Assembly (NCBI GenBank): GCA_963668645.2
Contig: CAXXWC010000003.1
Coordinates: 96,001 to 160,000 of the forward strand
Length of the DNA stretch: 64,000 nucleotides
Source of the DNA: Desulfobacterales bacterium
GTDB taxonomy: Bacteria > Desulfobacterota > Desulfobacteria > Desulfobacterales > UBA2174
Direction of reading: 5' to 3'
A program made the position numbers and the translations under genes. This document shows, in pieces, positions 58,171 through 64,000 of this stretch. How positions within the stretch are numbered: position 1 is the stretch's first letter; each line of letters begins with the position of its first letter. The notes below the pieces were generated by a model. That model was given only the letters and a program-made list of their open reading frames with translations, did no database searches and was not told the origin of the DNA.

Positions 58171-59211
58171 ATGGATACGGCAAGCTGGCTTTATATGTAC
58201 ATGCCCATCGCCGGGGTGAACATCTTCTGGCCCGGTCTGGTGCTGATCGGTTTTTCGGTGGGGGTCATCGGAGGCTTTTTCGGCATGGGCGGGGCCTGGA
58301 TGGTCACCCCCGGCCTGAACATCCTCGGCTTTCCCATGGCGTTCGCCATCGGTACCGACATCGCCCACATCGCGGGCAAATCGATGATTTCCACCATCCG
58401 CCACAGCAAATTCGGCAACGTGGACTACAAGCTCGGCATGGTGATGCTGGTGGGCACGATGATCGGCATCGAGTGCGGTGCACAGATCATCATGTACCTC
58501 GAACGGCTGGGCAACGTCGGTTCGGTGGTCCGCTGGGTTTACGTCGGGTTCCTGGCCCTGATCGCCTGGATGGTATTTTACGACTACTATAAGGCGGTGT
58601 CCAAGAAAAAGGCCGGAGTGGTGGACGGCGAGCACGGCACCGAGGGGATCACCTGGTATAAGACCTTGCACAAGATCAAGATACCGCCCATGGTGCACTT
58701 TAAAAACGCCGGGTTTGTCTGCTCGGCCTGGCTGCCGATTTTCGTCAGCTTCCTCACCGGCGTCCTGGCCGGTTTCCTCGGTATCGGCGGCGGGTTGCTG
58801 CGCATGCCGGCCCTGGTCTATCTGATCGGCTGCCCGACCCATATCGCGGTGGGTACCGACCTGTTCGAGGTCATGATCTCGGGCCTGTACGGGGCGTTCA
58901 CGTATTCGCTCAAGGGGCGTATCGAGCTGGTGGCGGTCTTCGTTATGCTCACCGGCGCGGCCATCGGCGCCCAGATCGGCACCGTGGCCACCAAGTACGC
59001 CAAAGGCTACGGGATCCGCATCGCCTTCGGAATCGCGGTGCTGTGCTGCATGATCTCCATTATACTGAAGCAATTCGGCTTTTCAGCATCGGCGGCCGTC
59101 TTGATCCTCGGCACCATCTCGGTGATCTGCCTTTACATCATGAAGATCATGTTCATGGGGGCAGCAGAGGAATTGCGCGAAAAGAAGAGCCGTGAACAAT
59201 CCGGTGCCTGA
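58171..59211 (+). CDS. TSUP family transporter (sulfite exporter TauE/SafE-like)
   Basis: GGFFGMGG...AIGTD and its repeat GFLGIGGG...AVGTD; multi-TM. Confidence 0.92.
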   Translation: MDTASWLYMYMPIAGVNIFWPGLVLIGFSVGVIGGFFGMGGAWMVTPGLNILGFPMAFAIGTDIAHIAGKSMISTIRHSKFGNVDYKLGMVMLVGTMIGIECGAQIIMYLERLGNVGSVVRWVYVGFLALIAWMVFYDYYKAVSKKKAGVVDGEHGTEGITWYKTLHKIKIPPMVHFKNAGFVCSAWLPIFVSFLTGVLAGFLGIGGGLLRMPALVYLIGCPTHIAVGTDLFEVMISGLYGAFTYSLKGRIELVAVFVMLTGAAIGAQIGTVATKYAKGYGIRIAFGIAVLCCMISIILKQFGFSASAAVLILGTISVICLYIMKIMFMGAAEELREKKSREQSGA

Positions 59212-59253
59212 CGCCATCGGCCCGCTTACCCAGCATAAAGGAGCGAATCGACC

Positions 59254-59589
59254 ATGAAAACCAAGACCCTTGCACTCATAGCGGCCCTGTTGGCGGTCTT
59301 TTGGCTGGGCTCCACGGCCCTGGCTTCGGAAGTCAGCCAGGGCAAGACCCTCTTTTTCGACGCCGCAGGAAACAAGATCCAGATCGAAGAGTACGACACC
59401 AATTTTTCCCCGTCGGCCCCCTACGGGGAACCGACCGGGATCGTGAGCGAATACGACCTGTCCAAAGCCAAGGTCGGCATCCATCCGGACAATGGGGATG
59501 TGGTGCGCATCGCCTATCGCATCGACGGTGACAGCAAGATGGCGCTCAAGGTGATGAACGTTTCCAAGCAGGACCTGCGTAAAAAATAG
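59254..59589 (+). CDS. Small exported protein (possibly DUF4881-related)
   Basis: Signal peptide ending ALA|SE; VSQGKTL; strong RBS AAGGAG. Confidence 0.7.
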   Translation: MKTKTLALIAALLAVFWLGSTALASEVSQGKTLFFDAAGNKIQIEEYDTNFSPSAPYGEPTGIVSEYDLSKAKVGIHPDNGDVVRIAYRIDGDSKMALKVMNVSKQDLRKK

Positions 59590-59695
59590 CTTCATCGTCG
59601 CGCTGGACTCAACGGGGCGGGTAACGGCCGGCCGGTTTCCGAAAACCGCCAAACGCGCCCGCCCCTTACCCCCAACCTACCCGGAGTGAAAAACC

Positions 59696-59956
59696 ATGAC
59701 CGGTATGAATCGCAGGCAAAAGATGGTCGTCTTGGCCATGGATCTTTTGCTGCTCGTGGAACTCGGTTATAGTATCTACTGCGGCCAGCAACCCGGGGCC
59801 GACCTGACGCTGGTCTTTTTAACCTACTTCGTCCCCTCGCTGATCGTCACGGTGGCCCTGGCGCGCCGTCTCATCCGCCGCTGGCAGGACGATACGGCCG
59901 TATCATTGGCAGACTCCGCCGTGGAAAGGCAAAGGGCGGTTTTGCCCTCGAGCTGA
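59696..59956 (+). CDS. Small two-TM hypothetical protein
   Basis: Two hydrophobic helices; GGAG RBS; stop lies 2 nt before the next start. Confidence 0.65.
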   Translation: MTGMNRRQKMVVLAMDLLLLVELGYSIYCGQQPGADLTLVFLTYFVPSLIVTVALARRLIRRWQDDTAVSLADSAVERQRAVLPSS

Positions 59957-59958
59957 AG

Positions 59959-60804
59959 ATGGAATCCTTACGAACCCGATTGACCCTGCCGGTCCTGATC
60001 ATCCTGCTTTTGGCAATGGGCGATATCCTGATCGATGCGGTCTTCGACCGGGGCCATGTCTTCAAGGTCGTGGCCGGAAGCAAGGCGTTGATCAGCGGCA
60101 AACTGATGGGTTCCATCAAACCGTATACCAACAAAAACGCCATTTTCGGCAACCAGGTCAACGATCCGGCCCTTTTGGACGAAATCCTGGTGACCGATCC
60201 TCCCCACCAGGCCTTTCGCATTCGCTTTCTGGAGCTCAAGGGCCGCGTGTGGCGGGCCGAACTGCTCACCGACAGCGGCGGGGCCCCTGGTGACTATCCG
60301 GTACGCATCTTTCAGCGCAGCCTGGGCCCGGATCCCGACATGCCGGTCCTGCGAGTACAAATTTTTCCCGACCCCGAGTCCCTGCGGGCCAGCCAAAAAT
60401 CGTTGTTCCGCCGCTATCTGGGTATCCCGCCGTGGATCGTGGCAGGGCTTTTGGCCCCTCTGGTGGCCCTGATCCTGTACCTGACTTATCGCGCCTCGGA
60501 CGGCAGCATCAGCGCCTTGCAGGCCCGGGGTATCGGTCCCATCTACAAGATGGCCTACCGCAAAACCGGATGGGAGATTCTCTACGGTCTGGGCACGGCC
60601 CACGGCCTGCGCATCGGCGACCGGCTCGAGCTCATCGATGCACGCCAACGGCCTACGGGCTACCATATCGTGGTCGAACAGGTGGGCGGCGAGTCTGGCG
60701 AGGCGATCCTCGACCCTTCCGTTCCCATGCGGCCCGGATGGCTCGTTGCGCGCTGCGAACCGGTGGATCAAGACAAGATCGATTCCACTTCCCGACCTGG
60801 CTGA
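59959..60804 (+). CDS. Conserved hypothetical membrane protein
   Basis: N-terminal TM, ELKGRVWR motif, second TM, then GIGPIYK and GLGTAHGL..GD. Operonic with the TSUP gene. Confidence 0.72.
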   Translation: MESLRTRLTLPVLIILLLAMGDILIDAVFDRGHVFKVVAGSKALISGKLMGSIKPYTNKNAIFGNQVNDPALLDEILVTDPPHQAFRIRFLELKGRVWRAELLTDSGGAPGDYPVRIFQRSLGPDPDMPVLRVQIFPDPESLRASQKSLFRRYLGIPPWIVAGLLAPLVALILYLTYRASDGSISALQARGIGPIYKMAYRKTGWEILYGLGTAHGLRIGDRLELIDARQRPTGYHIVVEQVGGESGEAILDPSVPMRPGWLVARCEPVDQDKIDSTSRPG

Positions 60805-60807
60805 ACC

Positions 60808-61236
60808 TCAGGCCACCGGTGGCCGCTGGCGGATCCTGGCGTTGCGGATCTTTTCTTCGTGCATCGCCTTTTTGGCACAGGCCTCGCCGACTTTTTGCAT
60901 CAGGTCTTCCAGCTTCACCGGCTTGAGCAGGTACTCGAAAGCGCCCAGCTTCATTCCTTCGACGCTGGTCTCTACCGAAGCGTGACCGGTAAGCAAAATC
61001 ACTTCCACCAGCGGCTGTTGCCGTTTGATCTCGCGCAGGGTCCGGATCCCGTCCATACCTCCGGGCATGCGGATGTCGAGTACCACCACGTCCAAGACCC
61101 GCTGGACAATCATCTCGATCGCCTTCTCACCGCTGGTGACGCCCACAGTGTCAAGGCCGCGACTTTGCATCCGTTTGACAATGGCCTCGGTAAATTCGGC
61201 TTCGTCATCGACCACCAGGATACGGCATCGGGTCAT
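60808..61236 (-). CDS. Single-domain response regulator (receiver)
   Basis: ILVVDDE, LDIRMP, LLTGHAS and YLLKP motifs. GAGGAG RBS before MTRCR. Confidence 0.92.
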   Translation of the reverse strand: MTRCRILVVDDEAEFTEAIVKRMQSRGLDTVGVTSGEKAIEMIVQRVLDVVVLDIRMPGGMDGIRTLREIKRQQPLVEVILLTGHASVETSVEGMKLGAFEYLLKPVKLEDLMQKVGEACAKKAMHEEKIRNARIRQRPPVA

Positions 61237-61561
61237 AAAAGCTCCTCGTCCATCGTTGGACGAATCCGGCATCACCGCCCTCGAAGATCCAAACGGCTTC
61301 TTGCATGCGGCACCTGAGGACGCCGGCGTGGATTCGGATTGTGCTGGGGAGAAATGGACCTTTCGTCCAGCCGTACTTGACAAAGGAAAATCCGTCAAGG
61401 GAAAGGCACCCGCCCCCGGAAAGTCCCGGTGATCCCGAAATGGCTAAAAACAGTTGACAATCCCTTCGGTCCTATTGTCTGCTGAATCCGTCGACGATCC
61501 GCCCTGAACAGCGCACAATTGCGGCACGACCATCTTCCGGCAACATCCCCACGAGGCGCCC

Positions 61562-63900
61562 ATGGACGACAAAATCTTCGCCTTAAAAACAGTCTTTGCC
61601 AGATGCCCCATTTTGCCTTCATTCCTGAAGATGAATTGCGCCAAGTAGCCGAAACGGCACGGGTTCTGGATCTCAAGCCGGGCACCTCTTTCGCCCGCCA
61701 GGGAGAGACCCGCATCGACGATATCCTCGTCATCGCCCGGGGGCAGTTCTCCCTTTTCGATGAACGCGGCGGTGAGCGCCGTTCCATCGGCCACATCAAA
61801 ACCGGCGAGGTTTTCGGCGGCATTACAATCCTGATGAACGCACGCATCTCGCTGCGCACGGTGCAAGTCGAAACCCCGACCCTGGCCTATGCCGTACCGG
61901 CCGACGTTTTTCAGGATTTATGCAACCGCCACGAGGATTTTTACGAGTATTTTCTTAAAAATTTCAGCAAGAATCTTTATGACGAAGCCCTGGCAACCCT
62001 CATCGAAGCCGGCCAAACCAGCAATTTTCTCAGCCGTGTAGCGCCTTTTTCATTTCTAACCGAAGAGGCTCTGGACCAGGTCGCGCAGCAGCTTTCCGTT
62101 GTGCGCTACAATGAAAAGGCCGTCCTTTTCGTCCAGGGCCGCAGTCGCGTCGGCCATCTGTACATCCTCCAGAAAGGTTCTGCCGAACGCTACTTCGAGG
62201 AAGGCGGCCGCAAGACCCTGCGCAGCCTGCTCGGTCCGGCAGACGTGTACGGCGGCATTTCTATGCTGCTCAACGACGGGATCTCGGTGCGCACTCTGAT
62301 GGTCAACGCCGGCACTTTTTTCTACGTACTGCCCAAAAAGCCGTTCCTCGAGATCTGCCAGGCCCAACCGGCGTTTCGCGATTATTTCACCGACACCTTC
62401 GGCCGGCGCATGCTCGACCGCTCTTACGCATCGATCATCGCCCGCACGCTTCAACCCTCGGAGGATTCGATCCAGCTTTTCAACCAGACCGTGGAAACCA
62501 TCTACTCGAAAAAAGCCGCCATCGGCGAAGCCGGAATGTCGATCCGGCAGGCGGCCGAACAGATGCGCCAGGAAAGAACCAGTTCCATCATCATCCCGGC
62601 GGCGGCCGGTCAACCGGCCGGGATCGTTACCGAACGCGACCTGGCGCGCCAGGTGATCGCCGAGGCTGCCGACATCCAGGGACCAGCAGCCGGCATCATG
62701 AGCGCCCCGCTGCAGACCATCCCCATGGACGCCCTGATTTTCGAGGCCCTGATACAGATGATGAAATCGGATATCCGCCACCTGGCGGTGACCGGTGCTG
62801 AAGGGCAGATCGTCGGCATCCTCTCCCACCGTGAAATCATCGCCGCCCAGGGCCAGACCCCTATGTTCATGCTGCGCGAAATCGTCGAAGCCGAAAGCAT
62901 CGCAGAGATCATCGACAAGCACAACCACCTGCCGCGCCTGGTGCGCAACCTGATCACCAACGGGGCCAACGCCCGCAACGTGACCCGTTTCATCACCACC
63001 ATCTCGGATGCGATCCTTAAAAAGATCATGGCCTTTACCGTCAGCGAACTCGGTCCTCCACCGGCGCGCTTCGCTTTCATGGTGCTGGGCAGCGAGGGGC
63101 GCAACGAGCAGACCCTGAAGACCGACCAGGACAACGCCATCGTCTTCGAAGACGTGCCTGGCGAGAAGGCCGCGGCGGCGGCCGAATATTTCCTGCGCTT
63201 CGGGCAGCGGGCCTGCACGTTGCTCAACGAATCCGGCTACGATTTTTGCACTGGGGACGTGATGGCCCAGAATCCACGCTGGTGCCAGCCGTTGAGCCAG
63301 TGGCAGCGCTACTTCGACAACTGGATCCATGCCGGCGAAGCCGAGGATCTGCTCCAGGCGAGCATTTTTTTCGATTTTCGCCTCGGCTACGGTGATGCGA
63401 AGTTGATCGGCGCCCTGCGGAGTCATCTGATGGCATCCTTGCAGGGCTGGGCCGGCTTTTTCCGCCACCTGACCGAAAACGCGCTCAACTTCAAGCCGCC
63501 CCTGGGCTTTTTCGGCAATTTCGTCGTGGCCTCCAAAGGCGAGCACCGCAACGCCTTCGACCTGAAACAGGCCATCATGCCCATCACGGATTTTGCCCGC
63601 ATCTATGCCCTGAACAAGGGCATCGAGGCCACCAACACCATGGAACGCCTCTCCCAACTGCGCCTGATGCACGTGCTCTCCCAGTCCGAGCACGAGGAAC
63701 TCGAAAAGGCGTACGATTTTTTGATGCAGCTGCGCTTCGTACGGCAGGTCACCGCCGTGATCGACGAGCAGGGCAAACCGGACAACTACGTCAATCCCAA
63801 AAGACTCACCAGTATCGAACAGACCACACTCAAGGAAATCTTCAAGCGCGTCGAAAAGTTTCAGGCTAAGATGAACTTCGATTATATCGGCATCGCCTGA
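61562..63900 (+). CDS. Two cNMP-binding domains + CBS pair + DUF294 nucleotidyltransferase-like protein
   Basis: Two CAP-like domains (GEVFGG, ADVYGG), CBS motifs (GIVTERDL, IRHLAV), and GSEGRNEQTLKTDQDNA, MAQNPRW, IFFDFR, DLKQ. The RBS-preceded ATG 61562 needs one extra A at ~61585-61589; the in-frame alternative start is ATG 61603. Confidence 0.88.
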
Positions 63901-64000
63901 GACCAATCCCACCCGCCACGCCATCCAAACAAGGCCCGGTCCGGGGCCAAACCGCTTGAGCCGCTCGTGCAAAGGCCTCTTCGGCCCCGTTGCGGGAAAT

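Noticed and set aside
58171..59211. TSUP as the dedicated TauE of the xsc pathway
   Set aside because: It lies ~11.5 kb away in its own module with its own activator, and I saw no GTCCG-N6-CGGAC site at its promoter.
62056..63972. 638-aa minus-strand ORF
   Set aside because: Shadow of the DUF294 gene.

Overview
GC-rich bacterial chromosomal window. Gene content (many sigma-54 systems, DUF362, AF1514, a DVU0150/TSUP-type cluster, a PEP-synthase-like paralog) points to a sulfate-reducing Desulfobacterota, probably Desulfobacterales; this assignment is inference. From left to right it holds: (1) a porin / amidohydrolase / Na+:glutamate-symporter operon behind a sigma-54-like promoter; (2) a two-partner secretion locus with a 5117-aa repeat-rich TpsA adhesin, a triple-FecR-domain protein and a TpsB, behind a ~280-nt leader containing an intrinsic terminator; (3) assorted genes: CMD, DUF362-ferredoxin, orphan yceD, P1B-ATPase with MarR, a fused eukaryote-type hisHF with a frameshift, YkgJ, an NdvB-like cyclic glucan synthase and a DEAD-box helicase; (4) a TAXI-TRAP transporter, sigma-54 activator and xsc sulfonate-dissimilation module with visible UAS, IHF and -24/-12 sites, followed by a MoxR/CoxD-like AAA+ and VWA pair; (5) a hybrid histidine kinase preceded by the decayed scar of a lost signalling operon; (6) a divergent module of membrane-bound sigma-54 activator plus PEP-synthase-like dikinase facing a DVU0150-TSUP operon and a receiver protein; (7) a cNMP-CBS-DUF294 protein. 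No rRNA, tRNA, CRISPR array, integrase or transposase was recognised. Several small indels look like sequencing errors. All family calls come from motif recognition, not database searches.
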